Shown here piece by piece: positions 37,597-46,695 of a stretch of 64,000 nucleotides of DNA. The translations under genes and the position numbers were made by a program. The notes beneath the pieces were generated by a model that worked only from the letters and a program-made list of their open reading frames with translations, was not told the DNA's origin and did not search any database. Positions within the stretch are counted from its first letter, which is position 1; each line of letters starts with the position of its first letter. The DNA is from an uncultured Acidimicrobiales bacterium (GTDB lineage: Bacteria > Actinomycetota > Acidimicrobiia > Acidimicrobiales > SHLQ01). The stretch is taken from NCBI GenBank assembly GCA_938002955.1, contig CALLAA010000050.1, forward strand, positions 7,177 through 71,176, in the 5' to 3' direction.

Positions 37597-40311
37597 ATGA
37601 GGCTGGGTGACGCACACGAGTGGCGGGCGAGACTATCGAGTCACGTCTTTTCTTCGGTCCATCCAACGGTCATTGCGGCCCCTCCAGGGTTCGGCGTCGC
37701 AACCATTGCGGCCCACGTCCAATCCAGCGAGCAGGCCGTGCCAGCAACCGTCCTCGATCTCGACTCGGCCGACCCTTCGCGGCTCGGCATCGAGAAGTTG
37801 CTCCGTAAACACGTCGTCTTCACCGGCCGCGAGATCCCGAACCTGGCCCAAATCCCAAACGCCCAGCTGATCGACCACCAACTCCTGCGCTTTACCGAAC
37901 GCGAAGCGATCCTGGAAGCGGAGCGCCTGGGGGTCGATGAGTCGGTCGCTCGTTCGATCCATCTGTTCACCCGCGGCTGGCCCGAGTATTTCTGTGCGTG
38001 TCTCGACGTGGCGCGCCAGATCGAAGGATTGGGTCCGTCGGAGGCATACGACCGACTGCACCAGGGTCCCCACCTGCAACCGCTCATCGATGCGTGCACC
38101 ATCGAACTCTCCAGCTCTGACCGCCACCAAGTCGGCCAGCTCACGCACTTCACGAAGATTTCGCCGGGCATCATCTCGTCGTTGCTCGGCACTCGCGGCC
38201 TCGCACGGATCCAACGTGCAGGACTGCCGATCGTGGAGACCCATCCGGGCTGGTATGAAATCCTCGAGCCCGTCCGTTCATCGTTGCGATCGAAAGCCAC
38301 TCTCGACGAGCAAACCGCCAGGTCCCTCGCCCCAGAACTCGTTGCGGATGCCGGCATGGTCGCCGGAGCCCGCATTCTGTTGACCGCTGGACAGCCCGCA
38401 GCAGCAGCGACCGCGCTCCGTTCGGTACCGGTCCACAAACTCGATGAAGGAAGCCAGTCGTTGCTGCTTTCGTTGCTGCGGACGGTACTCGACACCGAAA
38501 AGGATGACGGTTCGCTGCATCTTCGCCTGGCCCGGGTGCACCATAATCACGGCGATCTGATCTCGATGCGCCGGACCCTCCAACAGGCGGCCACCATCGC
38601 CGAAGACCAACTGCGCCCCGATCTCGAGATCGAAGCCAAGGCCGAACTGCTCTTGCTCGATCTTCCCGACGCCGACGAAGCGGCCGTCCGGGCACGCCAC
38701 CGAGACCTACTCGAGCAAGCCCGGGATCATGCCAGCTCCTTGGCGCAGATCCGCTTGCGCGAAGTCGAGGTCATTCTCGCGATCCAGAACGGCGACCTGC
38801 AGGGGATGTATCAAGCAGCCACCAACCTGGAGTCGGTCGCCAACGACTGGGAACTCGTCGGCGAGCCAGCACGCGCCTCATCGGCGATTCGTGTCTTGGC
38901 GAGCTCGGCGCTGTTTCACTTCGGCAGCTACGCCCGGGCAATCGATGCACTCAATCGGGCATGCGAACTTGCCAACGGACAACCCCAGGCGTCGTTGAAG
39001 AGCCTCACGTTGCTCGAACGAAACTACGCAATGCTGGGCGATGTCGAGCTCGCTACGAAGACGAGCCAGAAGGTCGATGAGCTGCTCGACGGCGCAGGCC
39101 TGCCATGGATCGATGCCTACCACGGTTGGTCGGCCATGATTCTCTCTGGCTACCGGCAAGATCGCGACGCGGTCATCAGCAACCAGCGACGCGCCGAAAC
39201 GCTCCTCGGAAGCTTGTTCAGCCACCCGACCGGAGCGGTGTTCCTCGCCGATGCAGCCGTCGCTGCTGCTGCGGCTGGAGACTACGACGCAGCGAGTGCT
39301 TTCCTCGACCGGGCGCTTGCCCGCACGGTTGAATCGCCCGTCGATGTCGGATGCGCAGCGATCTATGTTGCTGCGCTTCGTCGCGATCCAGGGGTACGGG
39401 AAATGGCGGCCGAACTTCGACAAGCCGAGGAGATTCCCCTCGAGCGAGAATGGCGAATCGACCTCGCCGTTGCGCTGTCGGAGGGACGGACCGACACCGA
39501 GTACGCCGAGGAGGGGGCCAACCGGTACGGCCTCGGAACGCTCTACGACACGATGGTTCGCTGCTTTACCGCAACCCCGAACTCGCCAAAGGTCCGTTTG
39601 CAGCTATTGGGCAACTTTGTGGTGCAAGCGTCCGATGGCGAGCGGGTGATCTCCGGCGGGAAAGCCACCGAGCTCGTCAAGTTCCTCGGTGTTCGACTCA
39701 AGGCGGTACCCGTCGATGTGGTTATTGAGCACCTCTGGGGCGACGTTCCAACCGATGTTGGCCTTCGTCGCTTGAAGAACGTCGTCAGCCGGGCGCGAAA
39801 CGCCCTCGGCCAAGACGCCGTCGAACGACGTGGGCAGTCCATTGGGCTGAGCACCGATGTCTCGTCGGACCTCATCGAAGTTCGGGATCTCCTCCGACGC
39901 CTACGCACCCATCCCGACGACGTCGCGGCAGCAACCGCCGTCGTCGACATGTATCAGGGGCCGTTACTCGAGCTCGATGTGTATCACGACTGGGTCGACT
40001 CGGAGCGCAGGTCGCTCGAAGTCGCGGTCTCGTCAGCACTCGAGCTTGTTGTCGACCACGGCGAAGCGTCCGCGTCATGGGCGCTCGATGCTCTGCGCCG
40101 GCTTGCGCCGGCGGACGAACGGCCGTTTATGGCCGTCGCCGACCTTGCACACCGGCACGACGACGTTGCCACATTGCAGCTTGCGCTCGATGAGGTCCGC
40201 CGGGTTTGCGACGACCTCGAGGTCCGGCTGCCAACCGGCTTCGACCGGTTAGCAGCCCGAATCTCGGTATCAGCCGGTCCAGATTCCGACAGCTCCTTCG
40301 AGGGTTCCTGA
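37597..40311 (+). CDS. MalT-like regulator: degenerate STAND NTPase, TPR-like repeats, C-terminal wHTH/BTAD
   Basis: APPGFGVAT, LRFTEREA, TRGWP; C-terminal LQLLGNF, IEHLWGD, LKNVVSRAR, YQGPLL..DWVDSER. Confidence 0.82.
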   Translation: MRLGDAHEWRARLSSHVFSSVHPTVIAAPPGFGVATIAAHVQSSEQAVPATVLDLDSADPSRLGIEKLLRKHVVFTGREIPNLAQIPNAQLIDHQLLRFTEREAILEAERLGVDESVARSIHLFTRGWPEYFCACLDVARQIEGLGPSEAYDRLHQGPHLQPLIDACTIELSSSDRHQVGQLTHFTKISPGIISSLLGTRGLARIQRAGLPIVETHPGWYEILEPVRSSLRSKATLDEQTARSLAPELVADAGMVAGARILLTAGQPAAAATALRSVPVHKLDEGSQSLLLSLLRTVLDTEKDDGSLHLRLARVHHNHGDLISMRRTLQQAATIAEDQLRPDLEIEAKAELLLLDLPDADEAAVRARHRDLLEQARDHASSLAQIRLREVEVILAIQNGDLQGMYQAATNLESVANDWELVGEPARASSAIRVLASSALFHFGSYARAIDALNRACELANGQPQASLKSLTLLERNYAMLGDVELATKTSQKVDELLDGAGLPWIDAYHGWSAMILSGYRQDRDAVISNQRRAETLLGSLFSHPTGAVFLADAAVAAAAAGDYDAASAFLDRALARTVESPVDVGCAAIYVAALRRDPGVREMAAELRQAEEIPLEREWRIDLAVALSEGRTDTEYAEEGANRYGLGTLYDTMVRCFTATPNSPKVRLQLLGNFVVQASDGERVISGGKATELVKFLGVRLKAVPVDVVIEHLWGDVPTDVGLRRLKNVVSRARNALGQDAVERRGQSIGLSTDVSSDLIEVRDLLRRLRTHPDDVAAATAVVDMYQGPLLELDVYHDWVDSERRSLEVAVSSALELVVDHGEASASWALDALRRLAPADERPFMAVADLAHRHDDVATLQLALDEVRRVCDDLEVRLPTGFDRLAARISVSAGPDSDSSFEGS

Positions 40312-40383
40312 AGCGAGCGCCGAGCCAGCTGCTGCGCCGAGCACCGCTGAAGCGGTGAGGATCAAACGTTTGATGGACTTCAT
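40270..40383 (-). CDS. Small secreted peptide (37 aa), candidate signalling pro-peptide
   Basis: MKSIKRLILTASAVLGAAAGSALA-SGTLEGAVGIWTG*; AAAGGA SD; n/h/c regions with ALA cleavage site. Confidence 0.65.
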   Translation of the reverse strand: MKSIKRLILTASAVLGAAAGSALASGTLEGAVGIWTG

Positions 40384-40588
40384 GTCGTGGGGTCCTTTGG
40401 GTTGAGGTACCCACACCAAACATCGGGGTCGTCCCAGTCGGGTCAGCGCTTTTGCTGGGACTCGATAGGGACCGCAGCACTCTCAGTACCGGCCCCGCAA
40501 TCCGCCTCTCGATCTGCGTACGTGCGCACGCGTGCGGTTAGCAATCCTGCGTGAAGCGGTTGTCTCGCGGTGTCGAAACAGCGAGGGC

Positions 40589-41155
40589 TCAGATTTCTCC
40601 GGCAGCGCACACAACGAACGCGTGGGCTTCAAAGGGGTCCAGCCCCACCCCAAAATTTGGGGAATCGAAGACGTCGTCGGCGTAGACCTCGATCAGCTGA
40701 TCGACGATGCAGGTGGCATCGTCGGTGCTACGTCCGAGGAACGTCAGCCGCTCGATCGCCCGTTGGCGTCGTAGGCCGGCGTCCGAGCCCGCTGGTTCGG
40801 AGTAGTCGGCACCGCCCGAGACGCCACTCGCGGATGGTTCGGGATCTGTTGCTGGCTGGTTGGTTACCTGCGCCCCAGCTACTGCAACCTCGAGAGCCGA
40901 ACCACTTCCAATACACCGGCCCGAGGCTCCCACGAGCGCTTCGTGGTCTTGCGGCGTCCGGTCTCGTCGAGGATCCGCGGCCTGTAGACGATCGAGTGCG
41001 TCGAGCGTGTCGGCCATGCATGTCGCCTCGGCATGGTTCGCTCCTGTCGTTTGGAGCGCGACGATCGCATCTTCACGAACGAATGTGTCCTGACCAGCAC
41101 ACGACGAGAGCAAAACGACAGCGAACAACACCCGGAGCGGGCGTCGATGAATCAC
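40589..41155 (-). CDS. Hypothetical lipoprotein with duplicated Cys-containing helical domain
   Basis: LSSC lipobox; EATCMADTL and DATCIVDQL repeats. Confidence 0.7.
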   Translation of the reverse strand: MIHRRPLRVLFAVVLLSSCAGQDTFVREDAIVALQTTGANHAEATCMADTLDALDRLQAADPRRDRTPQDHEALVGASGRCIGSGSALEVAVAGAQVTNQPATDPEPSASGVSGGADYSEPAGSDAGLRRQRAIERLTFLGRSTDDATCIVDQLIEVYADDVFDSPNFGVGLDPFEAHAFVVCAAGEI

Positions 41156-41270
41156 ACGGCGAACCACAACATGTCCGTCGGCAGTGACGCATCAAGGTTG
41201 AGTTCCCGGATCTCTCCGGCCCCGGCACGGTAAGCTTGCAGTGTTTGCCGAGCAACCGAGGTATCGCCAC

Positions 41271-43553
41271 GTGGCCGTTTACGCCAACACCCCTATCGAA
41301 CTGATCAACGCCGTCTACGGCACGCTCGATGAGCGTCTTGCGAAGGGCCGTGAGCGTCTCGGCCGTGCATTAACCCTCACCGAGAAGATCTTGATCAACC
41401 ACCTCGACGACGTCGACACCGGTGGTATGGAACGGGGCGTCAGCTACACCGACCTTCGACCCGATCGTGTCGCAATGCAGGACGCCACCGCACAAATGGC
41501 ATGGCTGCAGTTCATGACCGCGGGCCTTCCGCAGACCGCAGTGCCCACCACAACGCACTGCGACCACCTCATCCAAGCCCGTGTCGACGGCAAGACCGAC
41601 CTTGCGGTCGCTGCCGACACCAACAAAGAGGTGTACCAGTTCCTTGAGGATGTCAGCGCCAAGTTCGGTGGCGGCTTCTGGGCCCCGGGCTCGGGCATCA
41701 TCCACCAGGTTGTGCTCGAGAACTATGCGTTTCCCGGCGGCATGATGCTCGGCACCGACAGCCACACGCCAAACGCTGGTGGCCTCGGCATGATCGCAGT
41801 GGGCGTTGGCGGTGCCGACGCAGTTGATGTCATGACCGGGTTTCCGTGGAACGTCCGCTGGCCGAAGGCAATCGGTGTTCACCTGACCGGTGAACTCACC
41901 GGCTGGGCTGCACCAAAGGACGTCATCTTGAAGGTCGCCGAGATCCTCACCGTTAAGGGCGGAACCGGCTCGATCGTTGAGTACTTCGGCCCTGGCGCCG
42001 AAAGTATGTCGGCCACTGGCAAGGCCACGATCTGCAACATGGGCGCCGAGATCGGTGCGACGACGTCGTTGTTCGCCTACGACGACGCCACGAGCCGCTA
42101 TCTCAAGGCAACCGGCCGCGAAGAGATCGACGACGCTGCCCGCAAGGTCGCCCATCACCTGCGGGCCGATGACGAGGTCTACGCCAACCCTGGCGACTAC
42201 TTCGACCAGGTCATCGAAATCGACCTCAGCACGCTCGAGCCGCTGATCAACGGTCCACATACTCCTGACCTTGCTCGTCCGCTCAGCAAGCTCGGTGCCG
42301 AAGCCGAGCTCAACGGATGGCCCAAAGAGATCTCCGCTGCTCTTATTGGCTCCTGCACGAACTCGTCATACGAGGACATCAGCCGCGCTGCCTCGATCGC
42401 TCGTGACGCTGCGGCCAAGGGTCTCACCGCCAAGGTGCCGTTCATGGTTACCCCCGGCTCGGAAGCAACGATGCGCACGATCGAACGAGACGGCTTCCTG
42501 GCCGATCTCGAAGCGATCGGCGGCGTCGTGCTCGCCAACGCTTGCGGCCCGTGCATTGGCCAATGGAAGCGTGATGACCGCGAAGGCAGCGAAGGCACCG
42601 CCAACAGCATCGTGACCTCCTACAACCGAAACTTCCCGAAGCGCAATGATGGCGATGGCGCCACGCTCGCCTTTGTGACGTCGCCCGAGACAACGGTTGC
42701 GCTCGCCCTCGCTGGCACCCTCGACTTCGATCCAAAGACCGACACCCTCACAAACGACGCTGGCGAAGAGGTCATGCTCACCGTGGGCGCTGCCATCGAA
42801 CTACCGAGCGCTGGGTTCGAGGACGGCACCTCGATGTTCATTGCGCCTCCAGAGGATGCGAGCAACATCGATGTCTCGGTCTCGCCGGACTCGGACCGAC
42901 TCCAGCTCCTTACGCCATTCCCTGCATGGGACGGCAACGACTACCTCGAACTGCCGATCCTCGGTAAAGGCATGGGCAAGGTCACCACCGACCACATCTC
43001 GATGGCAGGACCATGGCTCAAATACCGCGGTCACCTCGAGAACATCTCGGGCAACCTGTACCTCGGTGTCGTCAACGCCTACACCGGTGAGAGCGAACTG
43101 GCCGTCGACCCATCCGATGGCCAGACCAAGAGCTACCCAAACATCGCAAAGAGCCTGCACGAAAAGGGCATCAATTGGGTGTTCATTGGCGAGGACAACG
43201 TCGGTGAGGGCTCGAGCCGCGAACACGCTGCGATGGAGCCCCGATTCCGCGGTTGCCATGCAGTCTTTGCCAAGTCGTTTGCTCGCATCCATGAGACAAA
43301 CCTGAAAAAGCAGGGCGTGTTGGCACTGACGTTTGCCGACCCGGACTTCTGGCTTGCAATCGAAGAGGGCGACACGATCTCGATCACCGGCCTCGCCGAG
43401 CTCGCTCCCGGAAAGCCAGTCGACTGTGTCTTGCACAAAGCCGATGGCGAGAGCATCGAGTTCCAAGCAAACCAGACGCTCTCCCCCGATCAGATCGAGT
43501 GGTTCCATGCTGGTTCTGCACTCAACCTGATTCGACAGCAGACAGCAGGCTGA
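41271..43553 (+). CDS. acnA: Aconitate hydratase (mitochondrial-like type)
   Basis: DRVAMQDATAQMA, HCDHLI, IGSCTNSS, ACGPCIG, GEGSSREHAA. Confidence 0.94.
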   Translation: MAVYANTPIELINAVYGTLDERLAKGRERLGRALTLTEKILINHLDDVDTGGMERGVSYTDLRPDRVAMQDATAQMAWLQFMTAGLPQTAVPTTTHCDHLIQARVDGKTDLAVAADTNKEVYQFLEDVSAKFGGGFWAPGSGIIHQVVLENYAFPGGMMLGTDSHTPNAGGLGMIAVGVGGADAVDVMTGFPWNVRWPKAIGVHLTGELTGWAAPKDVILKVAEILTVKGGTGSIVEYFGPGAESMSATGKATICNMGAEIGATTSLFAYDDATSRYLKATGREEIDDAARKVAHHLRADDEVYANPGDYFDQVIEIDLSTLEPLINGPHTPDLARPLSKLGAEAELNGWPKEISAALIGSCTNSSYEDISRAASIARDAAAKGLTAKVPFMVTPGSEATMRTIERDGFLADLEAIGGVVLANACGPCIGQWKRDDREGSEGTANSIVTSYNRNFPKRNDGDGATLAFVTSPETTVALALAGTLDFDPKTDTLTNDAGEEVMLTVGAAIELPSAGFEDGTSMFIAPPEDASNIDVSVSPDSDRLQLLTPFPAWDGNDYLELPILGKGMGKVTTDHISMAGPWLKYRGHLENISGNLYLGVVNAYTGESELAVDPSDGQTKSYPNIAKSLHEKGINWVFIGEDNVGEGSSREHAAMEPRFRGCHAVFAKSFARIHETNLKKQGVLALTFADPDFWLAIEEGDTISITGLAELAPGKPVDCVLHKADGESIEFQANQTLSPDQIEWFHAGSALNLIRQQTAG

Positions 43554-43563
43554 TCCAGCGCTC

Positions 43564-44484
43564 ATGGATCTTCGCCAGCTCAACGCCATCGTGGCGGTCT
43601 CGGAACACCGCAGCTTCTCCGCCGCGGCCCGAGCCCTCCATACGGTGCAGTCGAACGTTTCAACGCACGTTGCTCGCCTCGAGCGAGAACTCGACGCTGT
43701 GTTGGTCGATCGACGCACCGGCGAGTTAACCGCCGAGGGCGAGGTTGTCGTCCTGCGGGCATTGCGAATCAAGGCCGAGCTTCAAGCAATCCCCGCCGAC
43801 GTGTCCGCACTTCGCGACGACATCCGAGGCACGGTGCGATTCGGGATCATCGGTACGACCGGGCGATGGCTGGTACCAGCGCTACTGACGGCGCTGAAAA
43901 AGGAATTTCCCGGGGTGCATCTCGTGGTGGTCGATGCGACCACGACGGGCTTGTTGCCACAGCTCCAGAGCGGCCAGTTAACAATGGCCGTGCTGAACCT
44001 TCCGCTGAGCGAACCCGAACTTGCGTCCGAGCCCCTGTTCGACGAGGAACGAATCCTCATCGTTCCCAAGACCCATCCGCTCTCCAAGCATGACCGGGTC
44101 ACGTTAGCTGACCTGGCGAAACACGAGATCGTGCTCCCCCCGGAGGGGACGCAGTTTCGCAACGAGGTGGACGAGGCGGCGGCCGAACTGGGCATCGTGT
44201 TGAAACCAGCCGCTGAGCTCGACGGCATGCGCCTCCTGGCCTCGCTCGCGTTCCAGGGATACGCACCCGCGTTGGTACCTGCGACTGCGGCGCCCTTTGG
44301 CGAGGGCAACGACTGGTGCATCGTCAACGTCGACGACATGTCGACACGGAGCGTCGGACTTGCGTACCGCCGATGGACCACACTGCCGGCGCCGGCGCGA
44401 GCGGTTCAACAGGTCATTGGCCAAGTCGTGGCCGAACGAGGAGCGCAGCAGGCCGGGCTGCACGTCACCGTCGCCGACGACTAA
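43564..44484 (+). CDS. LysR family regulator
   Basis: MDLRQL...SFSAAARALHTVQSNVS HTH. Confidence 0.94.
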   Translation: MDLRQLNAIVAVSEHRSFSAAARALHTVQSNVSTHVARLERELDAVLVDRRTGELTAEGEVVVLRALRIKAELQAIPADVSALRDDIRGTVRFGIIGTTGRWLVPALLTALKKEFPGVHLVVVDATTTGLLPQLQSGQLTMAVLNLPLSEPELASEPLFDEERILIVPKTHPLSKHDRVTLADLAKHEIVLPPEGTQFRNEVDEAAAELGIVLKPAAELDGMRLLASLAFQGYAPALVPATAAPFGEGNDWCIVNVDDMSTRSVGLAYRRWTTLPAPARAVQQVIGQVVAERGAQQAGLHVTVADD

Positions 44485-44498
44485 GAGCCGAGTCGGCG

Positions 44499-44966
44499 CT
44501 ACTTGCCGTTGTTGTCCTTGACGTTCGTGTTCTGATTGGTGTTTCCCTTGCCGTTGCCGGGAATGTCCTTTTCGCAGATCAGACCGTCGCCATTCGCGTC
44601 GACGTCCTGGCCGTTCTTCTTCGTCGAGTTGTTGGGAATCAATCGCCAGCCGTTCGGACACGTCCTATCGCCGTCGTCGTAGACATCCAAGGTCCCGCTT
44701 CCCGAGGCAGGCTCACCGCTCGAGTCTTCGGGGTCGGTACTTTCGGAACCGCCGGGCGCTGCGAGATCGACAGCCGCATCCTGGGCCGGATCCATCGACT
44801 GCACGATTGCGACAATATCGTCGAAGTCGGAAGCGACATGTTGAGAGATCAGCTGCACGCTCCCCAACGACATGGCCGCCAGTGTTCCCATAAGCATCGC
44901 GTACTCGACGATCGCTGTACCTCGATCGCCACGATCCTTCACCCGTCGAAGAAGTTGCCTCATCAT
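44499..44966 (-). CDS. Flp/type IVb pilin-like protein with extended C-terminal domain
   Basis: DRG/TAIVEYAML prepilin motif, hydrophobic helix, linker, CPNGW...DANGDGLICEK. Confidence 0.72.
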   Translation of the reverse strand: MMRQLLRRVKDRGDRGTAIVEYAMLMGTLAAMSLGSVQLISQHVASDFDDIVAIVQSMDPAQDAAVDLAAPGGSESTDPEDSSGEPASGSGTLDVYDDGDRTCPNGWRLIPNNSTKKNGQDVDANGDGLICEKDIPGNGKGNTNQNTNVKDNNGK

Positions 44967-45165
44967 GCTCGCCACCTACTAGTCGTTCCTGTATCGCTAT
45001 ACGGTCAACATGAACTACGGACCGCGAGCTGATTTTCCTAAGTGTCAATCCTGTTGCATTAGGTAATTTGCCTTCTTGCATACCGAGCGTCCACGTGTCG
45101 GGGAAATCATCAATTCGGGCTCTCGATGCGGTCGGCTGCTCGATGGCAGCAATACACTTGCCGAT

Positions 45166-46500
45166 GTGACGGCCACCGAACCCGATGTTCAACGCAGTAC
45201 CCGCGTAGTCGAGCGAGGAAGCGACGGTCGCCGACGCGTCGTTGTTCGTATCGCAACTCGTGAAGAGAGCGCACTCACCTCCGCCGATGCGAACCTCATT
45301 GCATCTGGCGCAGCAAACGCGCGCGAGCAGGGCATTCCATTCGTCTGTGAGTTCCGGGCCAACGGCCCCGCCGCCGAGGAAGAACTCGCGGTCACCTTCG
45401 CCATCGGCGCAGCGGCCCGACAGCTCACCGCCTGCTCTGGACGGGTACCCATGATCGGCGTGCTCCATGGGGATGCCGTTGCAGGCCCCGCTCTGCTGCT
45501 CGGCATCCTCGACCACGTCATCGTCGTCGATCACAGCCACGCATTCGTTAGCGGTCCCGCAATGGTGAGCGAGTTCACCGGCGTCGAATTCAACCGCACC
45601 GAGCTCGGTGGAGCGAGCGTTCTGGCCAACCAGGCCGGCGTCGCCTCAATGCAAGTACCCGATCTCGACGCTGCATACGCGCTCGTCGACGACTTGCTCA
45701 GCGTGTTGCCGTCGAACAACGAAGAGCCAGCACCGTTCATTGCGAGCAGCGACCCAATCGATCGCCCCGTTCCCGATGCCGGCGACATCATTCCGGACAC
45801 CCCGACCGGCGCATACGACGTGCGCGATGTTATTGCCGAGATCGTCGACGATGGCTGGTTCCTCGAGTCGCGGGCGACCTACGCCAACAACCTCGTGACC
45901 GGCTTTGCTTCGATCGGAGGATTGCCGGTTGGCATCGTTGCGAATCAGCCAATGGCGATCGCCGGCACGCTAGACATCCCGTCCTCACAAAAGGGCGGCC
46001 GCTTTGTTGCCTTCTGCGATGCCTTCAACCTTCCGCTTGTGACCCTGGTCGACACCTCGGGTTTCTACCCCGGCAAGGACCTCGAATGGCGCGGCATGAT
46101 TCGCTACGGCGCGCAACTCGCCTTTGCCTACGCTCGAGCGACCGTCCCTCGAATCAACGTGACCCTCCGCAAGAGCTACGGCGGCGCATACATCGTGATG
46201 GACTCAAAGAACATGGGCAATGACCTCGCCTTCGCCTGGCCATCGGCTGAGATTGCGGTCATGGGCGCCAAGGGAGCGGTCGAGATCTTGCACCGCAAGG
46301 CCGATGCCGACGAGCGAGTTGAACTCGAAGCCGCGTACGAGGAACGACTGCTCAATCCGTACATCGCTGCCCAGCGCGGCACTGTCGATGTTGTGATCAC
46401 CCCCGAGCAGACCCGTTCGGAGATCGGACATGGTTTGCAGCTGCTCGCATCGAAGCGTGAGATCCTCCCCCGGCGCAAGCACGACAACACCCCGCTGTAA
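45166..46500 (+). CDS. Acyl-CoA carboxylase carboxyltransferase (beta) subunit
   Basis: ELGGA, YDVRDVI, GIVANQP, RKSYGGAY, VMGAKGA, KHDNTPL; leaderless TACACT-7nt-GTG. Confidence 0.88.
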   Translation: MTATEPDVQRSTRVVERGSDGRRRVVVRIATREESALTSADANLIASGAANAREQGIPFVCEFRANGPAAEEELAVTFAIGAAARQLTACSGRVPMIGVLHGDAVAGPALLLGILDHVIVVDHSHAFVSGPAMVSEFTGVEFNRTELGGASVLANQAGVASMQVPDLDAAYALVDDLLSVLPSNNEEPAPFIASSDPIDRPVPDAGDIIPDTPTGAYDVRDVIAEIVDDGWFLESRATYANNLVTGFASIGGLPVGIVANQPMAIAGTLDIPSSQKGGRFVAFCDAFNLPLVTLVDTSGFYPGKDLEWRGMIRYGAQLAFAYARATVPRINVTLRKSYGGAYIVMDSKNMGNDLAFAWPSAEIAVMGAKGAVEILHRKADADERVELEAAYEERLLNPYIAAQRGTVDVVITPEQTRSEIGHGLQLLASKREILPRRKHDNTPL

Positions 46501-46695
46501 CTTCTGCTGTCGCAATCCCTCGCCTAGCGGCTCGTCGATGCTCGGCAGCCAGCCAGAGGCCCCCACCCGTTCGCTAACCACCGCGCCTAGTGCAGGCAGC
46601 ACACCAATAGGGCCGTATGATGGTTCCGGACGCAATGCCGCTCAAAGGGGAGCTGGACGGGCGCTTCTTATCTCACCCTCGATACTGGAGATTTC

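Noticed and set aside
37321-37617. ORFs 37321-37617 (-) and 37361-37600 (+)
   Set aside because: No SD or leaderless signal, atypical composition; the region is better explained by RNA structure and promoter
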